In this document: piece after piece, positions 55,519 to 64,000 of the stretch
Layout of the letters: the number at the start of each line of letters is the position of its first letter
How positions within the stretch are numbered: position 1 is the stretch's first letter
Assembly (NCBI GenBank): GCA_963829055.1
Contig: CAWHHI010000017.1
Span: 32,001 to 96,000 of the forward strand
From: an uncultured Gemmatimonadaceae bacterium
Lineage (GTDB): Bacteria; Gemmatimonadota; Gemmatimonadetes; Gemmatimonadales; Gemmatimonadaceae
DNA: 64,000 bases
Direction of reading: 5' to 3'
Translations under genes and position numbers: made by a program
Notes under the pieces: model-generated
Told to the model about the DNA's origin: nothing
Database searches by the model: none
What the model saw: only the letters and a program-made list of their open reading frames with translations

Positions 55519-56004
55519 TCAATCGAGGCTCAGCTTCATCCCGACGTGCGATGGGACAAATCCCAGGCGCTCGTAGAAGCGGAGCGCATCGACCCGCGTG
55601 CGGTCGCTCGTGAGCTGGACGAGCCGGCAGCCGAGGGTCCGGGCTCGCTCGATCGCTGCTCGCATGAGGTGCTCACCGATGCCGTGCCCACGATGCTGCG
55701 AGCTCACACGCACGCCCTCGAACTGGCCGCGCGTCAGCCCCGCTCGGCTCATTCCCCGGATGATGGTGAGCTGAAGGCAGCCAACAACCTCACCTTCCAT
55801 TTCCGCAACCAGATACTCGTTGCCGGGGTGCTGCATCATCGCATCGAATGCGTCCCAGTACACCTGCGCCAGCGGCTCACCAACTGCCCCGACGATCTCG
55901 CGGGTTGCGCCGAGTCGGTCGTCGGCGAGCAGGCGGACGATGGCGGGTACGTCGGCGCGTTCGGCGCGTCTCACGCGAACATCGCTGGAAATCTTATCGG
56001 GCAT
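55519..56004 (-). CDS. GNAT-family N-acetyltransferase
   Basis: VRVSSQHRGHGIG, QLTSDRTR..ALRFYERLGF. Confidence 0.95.
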   Translation of the reverse strand: MPDKISSDVRVRRAERADVPAIVRLLADDRLGATREIVGAVGEPLAQVYWDAFDAMMQHPGNEYLVAEMEGEVVGCLQLTIIRGMSRAGLTRGQFEGVRVSSQHRGHGIGEHLMRAAIERARTLGCRLVQLTSDRTRVDALRFYERLGFVPSHVGMKLSLD

Positions 56005-56019
56005 GTGATTGAACCGCGT

Positions 56020-56050
56020 GACAGGATTGCAGGATTGACAGGATTGGACG
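56020..56050. repeat. Family E half element (CAGGATT x3)
   Basis: GACAGGATTGCAGGATTGACAGGATTGGAC. Confidence 0.7.
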
Positions 56051-56150
56051 GCGGTGCCGCGCGGTGCGTGACATTGCCAACGTATCGCGCCTAACGGTCG
56101 TCAGGCCATATTACCCGAGCGCAGCCGACTCGTGAACAGGAATCCCTCGA

Positions 56151-56843
56151 ATGAACGACGTGAAGACCGCCCTCGCCTGGCTCGAGCGGCACGCCAGCAA
56201 AGCCACGCGCGACGGCATGGCGCGCTACGGTGTGCCGTCCGACACCGCGATCGGCGTGACGATGGCGAACATGAAGGTGCTCGCCAAGCAGATCGGACGG
56301 AATCACGAGCTGGCCGAAGGGCTCTGGAAGAACGGGATGTACGAGGCGCGCATGGTCGCGGGGCTCATCGACGAGCCTGCGCGTGTCACCGCGGCGCAGA
56401 TGGATCGTTGGGCGAAGGACTTCGACAACTGGGGCATCTGCGACACCGTCTGCTTCGCGCTCTTCGATCGCACGCCGCACGCGTGGAAGAAGGTCGCGCG
56501 CTGGCACGATCGGCGAGAGGAATTCGTCAAGCGCGCCGCGTTCGCGTTGCTGTGGGGACTCACCGTCCACGACAAAGAGGCTGACGACAACGCGTTCGTC
56601 GACGGGCTGGGGTTCATCGAGCAGGGAGCTACTGATGAACGGCACTTCGTCAAGAAAGCGGTCAACATGGCGCTGCGTGCGGTCGGCAAGCGGAACGCTA
56701 CGCTCAATGCCGCGGCGACGAAGACGGCACAACGCCTGGCTACGTCGTCGGACGAACACGCGAAGTGGGTCGGCAAGGACGCGCTCCGGGAGCTCACGAG
56801 CCCGGCGCTCGCCCGTCGCCTCGCTGCCAAACCCAAGCGGTGA
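56151..56843 (+). CDS. DNA alkylation repair protein (AlkD-like HEAT-repeat family)
   Basis: YEAR, DFDNWGICD, EFVKRAAF, DERHFVKKAVNMALRAVGKR. Confidence 0.92.
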   Translation: MNDVKTALAWLERHASKATRDGMARYGVPSDTAIGVTMANMKVLAKQIGRNHELAEGLWKNGMYEARMVAGLIDEPARVTAAQMDRWAKDFDNWGICDTVCFALFDRTPHAWKKVARWHDRREEFVKRAAFALLWGLTVHDKEADDNAFVDGLGFIEQGATDERHFVKKAVNMALRAVGKRNATLNAAATKTAQRLATSSDEHAKWVGKDALRELTSPALARRLAAKPKR

Positions 56844-56870
56844 ACCAGGCGAAGGACGCGACTGACTTCT

Positions 56871-58256
56871 TCAACGGGGCTTTGAAGTAGCCAGCGGAAA
56901 CTCCGCGACCCCAATGCGCACGATCGTGTTCCGTCCGCGTCGCCCGTTCTCCACGCGCGCCGGAGTCTGCGCCTCCTCGGGCCAGATGCCATACACCTTG
57001 CCCTCGAGCGCGGCGAGCCCGTTGTAGTCGCCGAGGAACGAGGACTCGCGCGGGTCGAACGAGACGTCCGTCCAGGCGTAGTTCGTGAACGTGCGCGCGC
57101 CGTCCGTCGATCGAGCGAGCACGACGATCGGCCTGACGTTCGTCGAGTCGCCGCGGCGATCGTAGAACATGACGTACGCCGAGCCGTCGGCTGGATCGAC
57201 CGCGACCCACTGCATGAACTGATCTTTCCCGTTATGCACCGGATCGTCGTTCACGCGCGTCGGCTTCGACCACGTGCGGCCGCGATCGGCGCTCGAGGCG
57301 ACGAAGATGTCGATGTCGCCGTTGCGGTAGTCGCCCCACGAGACGTAGAGGCGCTGGCTCTTCGGCTCGATCGCAATGTTCGGGAATCCATTCCCGCGCG
57401 AGAAGTTCGCGATGTTGAAGTACGGCGGTGCCGTCTCGATCACGCGACGCGATGGCGTGAACGTCTTGCCGCCGTCGCGCGACGTGGTGAACACGATGCC
57501 TTTGCCGTCGTGCCAGGTGGCGTAGAGCGTGCCATCGTCCGCGATCGCGGCGCGGAAGCCGACGAGGCCGCCGGTGTCGTCGCGTGGGAGACCGGGCTCT
57601 GTGCTCACGACCTTCGGCGTGCTCCACGTTAGGCCGTCGTCGGTCGAGCGGGAGAACAGCATCACGGTGCGATCGACCTGGAACTGGATCCAGCCGATGT
57701 AGAGATTGCCAACGTAGGGGCTCTTCTCGCGCGTGTCGGCGACGATGGACGGCATGTCCTCCCACGGGAGGCCGGGTTTCGTCTCCGGATGTTCGACGAC
57801 GACGTTAGGCTCCTTCGCCCACGTCTTGCCGCCGTCGGGCGAGCGCCGCACGAAGATCCCGCCGCGCGAGCCGCCGAGCGCCCAGTAGGACGTCACGCCG
57901 GTGCGGTCGAACGCGATGTAGCAGAGGAAGGCATGACCGTGCCGGTCGATGGTGACAGACACGTCGCCGGCGACCTTGTAGTTGGGCGGGACGGTGCCTT
58001 CCGCGCCGATCCATGTGGCGCCGCCGTCGGTCGACCACGATGCGCTCGCCTGATTCTGATACACGCCGACGACGTGCCGCGCGTTGCGTGGGTCGATGGC
58101 GATGCCGGGCTCGGTGAATGGGCCGGGTTCGGTGATGGTACTCACGCGCGCACCGGGTGCACGCGGCAGCGGCTCGCGCACGAAGCTCTGCCCGCTCGCC
58201 GCGGACGACGCGAGCGCGACGATTGGAACGAGACTACTCAGGCGAAGAGTTGTCAT
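56871..58256 (-). CDS. Exported sialidase-like BNR (Asp-box) repeat protein
   Basis: Signal peptide; Asp boxes STDGGATW, SPDGGKTW, STDDGLTW, SRDGGKTF, SADRGRTW, STDGARTF; FLGDY. Confidence 0.92.
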   Translation of the reverse strand: MTTLRLSSLVPIVALASSAASGQSFVREPLPRAPGARVSTITEPGPFTEPGIAIDPRNARHVVGVYQNQASASWSTDGGATWIGAEGTVPPNYKVAGDVSVTIDRHGHAFLCYIAFDRTGVTSYWALGGSRGGIFVRRSPDGGKTWAKEPNVVVEHPETKPGLPWEDMPSIVADTREKSPYVGNLYIGWIQFQVDRTVMLFSRSTDDGLTWSTPKVVSTEPGLPRDDTGGLVGFRAAIADDGTLYATWHDGKGIVFTTSRDGGKTFTPSRRVIETAPPYFNIANFSRGNGFPNIAIEPKSQRLYVSWGDYRNGDIDIFVASSADRGRTWSKPTRVNDDPVHNGKDQFMQWVAVDPADGSAYVMFYDRRGDSTNVRPIVVLARSTDGARTFTNYAWTDVSFDPRESSFLGDYNGLAALEGKVYGIWPEEAQTPARVENGRRGRNTIVRIGVAEFPLATSKPR

Positions 58257-58408
58257 TCCGAGCGGAGGGTTGTCATTCCGCAGTCGAGGAATCGGTTGTC
58301 ATTCCGAGCGAAGTCGAGGAATCGCGATCGTCCCGGTAGAGGGGTCCCTCTACCGGTACGAGTCTCGATTCCTCGACTTCGCCGCTTCGCGGCTCCGCTC
58401 GGAATGAC
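58252..58408. repeat. REP-like palindromic element, family B, left arm triplicated
   Basis: TTGTCATTCCG three times; GTCGAGGAATC..CCGGTAGAGGGGTCCCTCTACCGG..GATTCCTCGAC; CTCGGAATGAC. Confidence 0.9.
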
Positions 58409-58483
58409 GGCCGTGAATTGCCAAGCAAGCATGGATGTCGTATCTGCTATTCGCAATTCGACCTGCCACCGGAGTTTGTTCTT

Positions 58484-59537
58484 ATGCGCGTTTCCAACAT
58501 GGTACACGCCGTCGATGCCCACGCGTGCGGCGAGCCGGGACGCGTCATCGTCGGCGGCGTGCTCGACGTGCCCGGCAAGACCATGTACGACAAGATGTGC
58601 CACCTCCGCGATCACGCCGACGGCCTGCGCAAGCGCATGCTGCGCGAGCCGCGCGGGTATCCTGCCGCGAACTGCAATCTGATCCTCCCGTCATCGAACC
58701 CCGAGGCGGACGCCGGCTACGTCATCATGGAACAGGTCGAGTATCCGGGCATGTCGGGCACGAACACGATCTGCGTCACGACCGTGCTGCTCGAGACGGG
58801 AATGCTGCCCATGCAGGAGCCGGTCACGGAGCTCACGCTCGAGAGTCCCGCGGGACTCATCCGCGTGCGCGCCGACTGCGTGAACGGCAAGGTCAAGCGC
58901 GTGACGTTCCGCAACGTCCCCGCGTTCGCCGCCTACCTCGACACGAGCATCGAGGTTCCGCACCTCGGCACCGTCGTCGTCGACGTCGCCTACGGCGGCA
59001 TGTTCTACGTCATCGCCGACGCGACGCAGTTCGGCCTTCGCCTAACGCCTGACGAGGGCGGCGACATCGTGCGCATCGGCGAGATGATCAAGGCCGCCGC
59101 GCGCGAGCAGTGTCCCGATCGTTCACCCGGAGCAGCCGGGATTCGAGGGCGTGACCATCGCGCAGCTCTCCGGCCCGCCGCTCCGCGACGATGCCGACTG
59201 GCAGAACTGCGTCGTCGTGTCTACCGGAGAGCTCGACTGGAACAAGCCGAGCACGTGGACGGGGGCGATCGATCGATCGCCGTGCGGCACGGGAACGTGC
59301 GCGAAGATGGCGACGCTCCACGCCAGAGGGAAACTCGCGCTCAATCAGGACTTCCGACACGCCGGCGTGTTCGGCACCGTGTTCACCGGTCGTCTCGTCG
59401 AGGAGACGAAGGTCGGCAAGTACACGGCGGTCGTCCCGACGCTCGGCGGCCAGGCGTGGATCACGGGCATGGCGACGTACGTCGTCGATCCGGATGATCC
59501 CTTCCCCGACGGATTCACGGTCGGCGACATCTGGTAG
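58484..59537 (+). CDS. Proline racemase superfamily protein (Ser/Cys active-site pair); frameshift near 59115
   Basis: DAHACGEPGR, REPRG, GMSGTNT, DVAYGG, IDRSPCGTGT. Confidence 0.93.
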
Positions 59538-59555
59538 GACCCGCGGCCATACCGC

Positions 59556-60374
59556 CTAACGTTCGGCCGGCGCGTCGTCGCGAGGCGTCGCGTTCGCCTC
59601 GCCAAGCAGGAGCGGCAGGCGGTCGCGGTAGCTCCGACTCAGCCGCAAGCGTGCGCCGCGCCGAGTCCGGATGATGTACTCGCCGTGGTAGTACGGCTCG
59701 AGCGACACGATGCTCGACCGACGCACCAATGCCGACCGGTGTACGCGGACGAAGTCCCGAGGATCGAGACGCTGTTCGAGCGCCGAGAGCGTCGATCGAT
59801 AGAGGTGAGACTTGGCCGTTGTATGCAGGCGCAGATAGTCACCGTCCGCTTCGACCCATTCCACGTCCGCGACCTCGACGAACGTGATCTTGCCGGTGGC
59901 TCGGATCGGGATTCGCACGAGCGGCGTCACGCTGGGCGTCCCCGCGGCCGACGAGGACGCGGGCGCCACAGCAGGGAGCGATCCAGGGGCGGTGCTTGAT
60001 TCTCGCGCCGCGCGCTCGGCGAGCCGCTCCCGCACCCGGACCAGCGTGCGGTTGAAGCGCTCCTCGCCAACGGGCTTCAGGAGATAGTCGATCGCTTCGT
60101 GCTCGAAAGCACGGACGGCATGCGCGTCGAACGCAGTGACGAAGACGACCGCCGGAACGGCCCGCGGACCGAGCGCTTCGAGCACACCGAGACCGGAGAG
60201 GCCGGGCATCTGTACGTCGAGGAACAGCGCGTCCGGATCGTGCTGATCGACCGCGGTGACCGCTTCGGTTCCGCTGCCGCACTCGGCCACTACAACCACA
60301 TCGCTGTGGCGCCCGAGCAGTACACGAAGCCGTTTTCGCGCGAGCGGTTCGTCGTCCACGATGATCACGCGCAT
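59556..60374 (-). CDS. LytTR-family response regulator
   Basis: IVDDEPLAR, FLDVQMP, DYLLKP, FVRVHRS, LSRSYR. Confidence 0.95.
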   Translation of the reverse strand: MRVIIVDDEPLARKRLRVLLGRHSDVVVVAECGSGTEAVTAVDQHDPDALFLDVQMPGLSGLGVLEALGPRAVPAVVFVTAFDAHAVRAFEHEAIDYLLKPVGEERFNRTLVRVRERLAERAARESSTAPGSLPAVAPASSSAAGTPSVTPLVRIPIRATGKITFVEVADVEWVEADGDYLRLHTTAKSHLYRSTLSALEQRLDPRDFVRVHRSALVRRSSIVSLEPYYHGEYIIRTRRGARLRLSRSYRDRLPLLLGEANATPRDDAPAER

Positions 60375-61498
60375 CACGACGGCATCTCCTGCGACACCGA
60401 TGCGCGACGCAGCGGCAAGACAACAGTCGCGCGCGTGCCGCCACGCGGCCCAGCCATCACGCGCAGCGACGCGGCTGCTCCGTACGATCGAACCAGGCGC
60501 TCCGCCGTGTTCCGGAGCCCGAGGCCGCGTGAGCCGGCGAGCGAGAACGCCGGCGAGACACCCACACCGTCATCCGTTACCTCGACGCGAAGCCCTGCGC
60601 CGTCGGCACAGGCGTGGACGCGTACAATGCCGCCCTCGACAGATGGCTGTATGCCATGGCGGACCGCGTTCTCGACAAGTGGTTGGAGAATGAGCATCGG
60701 GACGAGCGCATCGTCGAGCGTGCCGTCGACGTCAATGTCCACCGCGAGACGCCCGCTGAACCGGACGCGCTCGATCTCCAGGTAGCTCCTCACCAGCGCA
60801 ATCTCATCTGCCAGCGTGATCTCGGCGTGCTCGGCATGCTCGAGTGTCTGGCGCAGGAAACCGCTCAGGTGCTCGATCATTCGCTGAGCGGCGACAGGAT
60901 CGTCATCGACGAGCGCGGAGATGGCGTTGAGGCTGTTGAAGAGGAAGTGCGGATCCAGCTGCATGCGCAGCACCTGCAGCTGCGCTCGCGACGCCTCGTC
61001 GCGCAGCAGCGCCTCCCGTTGCCGACGCGTTCGGGCAGCGTACTCGTGCTCCAGTGCGTACGCCATGAGCGCCACGATAATGCCGACGAGCGCGTCGTGC
61101 CTAACGACCACCCGGAATAGCGCCGGAGCACTCGCGGTACCATCGAACGTCGCGCGCAGCGCGGGCCACGCGTGCGACAACGCCGTCACCACGACGGCGT
61201 GCACGACGATCGTCGCGAGCACCAGCCCGCCCAATGCGAATGTGGTCGCGGCACGGTGCCACGTAGCACCGAGCGCGCGACGAAAGAGGCGGGCCTGCGG
61301 TAGCGTCACCACTACCCACAGCGCCACGATCGCGACCAACACCCCAGTCGGTGGCGCCCCAGGCACGCCCGCCGCGCCACCGGCCTCGCCGCGCCCCACA
61401 GTCAACTCCGCTGCCGCGGCGCCGCACGCGATGACGAGCAGTAGCACACGATCGACTCGTCCGGGCGGCATCTGCGGGTTGGTCGTCGCTGGAGGCAT
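60374..61498 (-). CDS. LytS-type sensor histidine kinase
   Basis: Membrane N-terminus; QLDPHFLFNSLNAI, YLEIERVRF, LQPLVENAVRHG, GLGLRN. Confidence 0.93.
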   Translation of the reverse strand: MPPATTNPQMPPGRVDRVLLLVIACGAAAAELTVGRGEAGGAAGVPGAPPTGVLVAIVALWVVVTLPQARLFRRALGATWHRAATTFALGGLVLATIVVHAVVVTALSHAWPALRATFDGTASAPALFRVVVRHDALVGIIVALMAYALEHEYAARTRRQREALLRDEASRAQLQVLRMQLDPHFLFNSLNAISALVDDDPVAAQRMIEHLSGFLRQTLEHAEHAEITLADEIALVRSYLEIERVRFSGRLAVDIDVDGTLDDALVPMLILQPLVENAVRHGIQPSVEGGIVRVHACADGAGLRVEVTDDGVGVSPAFSLAGSRGLGLRNTAERLVRSYGAAASLRVMAGPRGGTRATVVLPLRRASVSQEMPS

Positions 61499-61670
61499 GG
61501 CTACACGATGCGTTCGAAGACTCGGCGCGGAAAGCCTGCTCGACGTGCGGTAAGGCCGGTTCGTCGATCCGCCGCGCCGGCCGGCCGAGTCGACGCGGAA
61601 GCAACCGGGCGTCGACACGATCGTAGCGCCGTTCACTCGCGCAGCATCCGCAAACACAGGAGTTACACCA

Positions 61671-63211
61671 GTGCTCATTGCTCGCCCTACCTCTCGCACT
61701 ATTGTCATCGCCGCGGCGGTGACTCTTCTCAGTAGTCCCGTCCCAGCAGGCGCCCAACCGCAGTGCTCCGCGCGCACGTTCACCGCGTGCGGCGTACGCG
61801 TCGAGAACAGTCGCGTCATCGTGCAGGGGGCTGCTGCACAGCCCATTGGATTGTTAGGCTGGCGCGGCACCGGACTCGCGCCTCGGTCGGCCGCCAGCTT
61901 CCCAAGCGATTCAGCCGTGCTCGGACCACTCGGCCCGCTCATCGACGCCATGCCTGGCGCCGGTATTGTGATCGGGCTCCTCGAGCCGGACGGCCGTACG
62001 CGCGTCATCACGCATGGCACGTCGGGACGCCATGGCGTGCCGTTGAGCGACAGCACCGTATTCGAGATTGGATCCGTGACGAAGGTGTTCACCGCCGTCG
62101 TGCTCGCCGATATGGTGGCGAAGCGCGAGGTCCGGCTCGATGACCCGGTCGCGAATTATCTGCCGCCGTCCGTTCGGATGCCGTCGAGAGATGGCCGAGC
62201 AATAACGCTTCTCGATCTGGCGACTCATACGTCCGGTCTGCCACGCAACCCGACGAACCTCGCAGCTGCGGATTCCGGCGGTCCCTACGCGCGCTACGAT
62301 GTCGGCAACCTCTACGCGTTCCTGTCGTCCTATGGCCTAACGCGTGCGCCAGCGACGCAGTTCGAGTACTCGAACGTCGGCTTTGGGCTTCTCGGGCACG
62401 CGCTCGCGCGCCACGCCGACACATCGTACGACGCGCTCGTCCGCGCACGACTGCTCGACCCGCTCGGCATGCGCGACACACGCATCGCGCTCGACGCCGA
62501 GCGTGAGGCGCGGTTTGCGGTGGGGCACGCGGTTGATGGCACGGTCGTGGGTCCGTGGGAGTTGCCCGCGCTTGCCGGCGCCGGTGCCTACCGCTCGACG
62601 GTCGCAGACCTCCTTCGCTTCGTGAAGGCGAATCTCGCAGTCGGACGCCAACCCGCTCGGCCTAACGCTGGCAAGTGCGCGTCTCGCGCGGCGAGCCACC
62701 CCGGTTTCCGGCATGGGCATGGCCCTCGGCTGGCAGACGCATCTTCCGGACAACGACACGGTGCCCGCGTTCGTCTGGAAGGACGGTCAGACCGGCGGCT
62801 TTGCCTCGTTCATCGGCGTCGACGTCGCGCGGCATTGAGGCGTGGTGATGCTCGCGAACGTCGCGGGAGCGGAAGCGCTGGACGCGGTCGGCATCGGTCT
62901 ACTGAGCGACAAGAACGCGGGAAACCTGGCCGTCCGGGGCATCGGTTCCGACGGACAGCGTGTTGGATACGTACGTCGGCGAATATGAACTCGCCCCAGC
63001 GTTCCACATGGTGGTCACGCGAGCGAAGCACACGTTGTATGTCCAGGCAACGGGGCAGAATCGCCTGACGCTCCTGGCTCGAAGCGATCGGGAGTTCGAC
63101 GTCGTGGGTGTCGCGGCGCGCGTCCGATTCGACATCGACGCCGGCGGTCACGTGACGTCGCTCGTTCTGGAACAGGGTGGGAAATCGTCGGCCGCCCGCC
63201 GCATACGGTGA
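61671..63211 (+). CDS. Serine hydrolase (class C beta-lactamase/PBP-like) with C-terminal DUF3471-like domain; frameshifted
   Basis: FEIGSVTK (SxxK), LATHTSGL, YSN, WKDGQTGGF; LDTYVGEYEL. Confidence 0.92.
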
Positions 63212-63223
63212 GCGAAGCCTCGC

Positions 63224-63638
63224 TCAGGCGGAAAGCGGGTGCCCGATCTCCCAGTGGTGACCGAATGGGTCGACGACGCGGCCGAGCCGCCATCCATAAT
63301 CTTCCTTCACCGCGACGATCTCGCGCGCACCCGCGGCCTTGGCTCGCTCGACCATCGCATCGGGATCCGGCACGGTCAGGATCATCCGAGTCGTCGATCC
63401 GTTCAGCGACTCGGGGCTGAAGTTCGCGTGCTCGGGAGACTCGTCGGCGACCCAGAACTCGGCGCTCTCGAGGGCAAGCCGCGAGACCACGGCACCATTG
63501 GGAGACTCAACGCGGAACACCTCGACCGCTCCGAAGGCAGACTTGTAGAACTCCACCGCGCGCGCGCCGTTTCGAACGGACAACATCGGGGCGACGGAGT
63601 ATGCGACCGAAGCGGCGTGAACTAACGTCAGGACTCAT
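63224..63638 (-). CDS. VOC/glyoxalase (PhnB-like) protein
   Basis: AVEFYKSAFGA, FWVADE, GWRLGRVVDPFGHHWEI. Confidence 0.92.
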
Positions 63639-63673
63639 CGATTCCCTCAGCCGGAATGGGCGGGCGAGAACGT

Positions 63674-63826
63674 CTAGAACGAGCTCCCGACCGCCTGCCG
63701 CAGCTCCTCCGCGAGCGACGCGTCGAGAACGTGAAAATACCACCCCTCGCGCTGAACGACATACTGCGCATTGTTGGCGTCCACCACCGTGCGCGCGGCG
63801 TGCAGACCGCGCTTCGAGTACGTCAT
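63674..63826 (-). CDS. Short hypothetical protein or fragment
   Basis: MTYSKRGLHAARTVVDANNAQYVVQREGWYFHV; no family recognised. Confidence 0.3.
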   Translation of the reverse strand: MTYSKRGLHAARTVVDANNAQYVVQREGWYFHVLDASLAEELRQAVGSSF

Positions 63827-63900
63827 GCGATACCCCCGCGGCGTTTGCTTCTCGCTTACCTGCACTGCGCGAGCGGGCGTGAGATGTCCAGCTCGCAACG

Positions 63901-64000
63901 TCAGGATCGGACAACCCGACACGGATTGCCAGCGGCCACCACGCCACTCGGCACATCACGCACGACGACACTTCCCGCCCCCACGATGCTGTCCGCGCCG
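63901..64000 (-). CDS. Sugar O-acetyltransferase (maltose/galactoside, hexapeptide repeat), C-terminal end only
   Basis: Own translation, absent from the ORF track: [32 protein letters not shown]. Confidence 0.85.
   Translation of the reverse strand, partial: GADSIVGAGSVVVRDVPSGVVAAGNPCRVVRS

Noticed and set aside
58250..58410. Three short direct repeats (TTGTCATTCCG) as a mini CRISPR array
   Set aside because: Repeats are ~11 bp with 9-15 bp gaps, belong to a dispersed palindromic family, and no cas genes are present
385..62667. GTTAGG as telomere-like repeat
   Set aside because: Copies are single and dispersed, never tandem
61671..63211. Bona fide beta-lactam resistance gene
   Set aside because: SxxK/YxN serine hydrolases with this C-terminal domain are often peptidases or esterases; activity cannot be inferred
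1..64000. Programmed frameshifting or alternative genetic code
   Set aside because: Shifts are numerous, in unrelated genes and lack slippery motifs; all three stop codons end intact genes

Overview
GC-rich (roughly 68-70% by eye) bacterial chromosomal segment. The gene repertoire suggests Gemmatimonadota (inference): PadR plus ADOP duplicated orphan permeases, a SusC/SusD pair, a Ser/Thr kinase-TPR protein and glycogen-binding-domain proteins. Many genes are split by single-base frameshifts that look like uncorrected long-read errors, so about 50 genes were reconstructed across frames and their ends are approximate. No rRNA, tRNA, CRISPR array, phage or transposase was found. The most notable signals are: (1) a heptamer CCTAACG/CGTTAGG about once per kb on both strands, mostly inside genes and at the cost of rare codons (HIP1/Chi/DUS-like genome signature); (2) a four-gene module with an ECF sigma factor, a putative anti-sigma carrying a glycogen-binding (CBM48/AMPK-beta-like) domain, an exported barrel-like protein with the same domain and an exported helical protein, a candidate trans-envelope alpha-glucan sensing system; (3) a ~590-bp fold-back element bounded by CTAG at the stop codons of two convergent genes; (4) at least five families of intergenic palindromic repeats, one of which supplies a gene's start codon; (5) a Ku-less cluster of stand-alone primase-polymerase, LigC-type ligase and AlkD-like protein.
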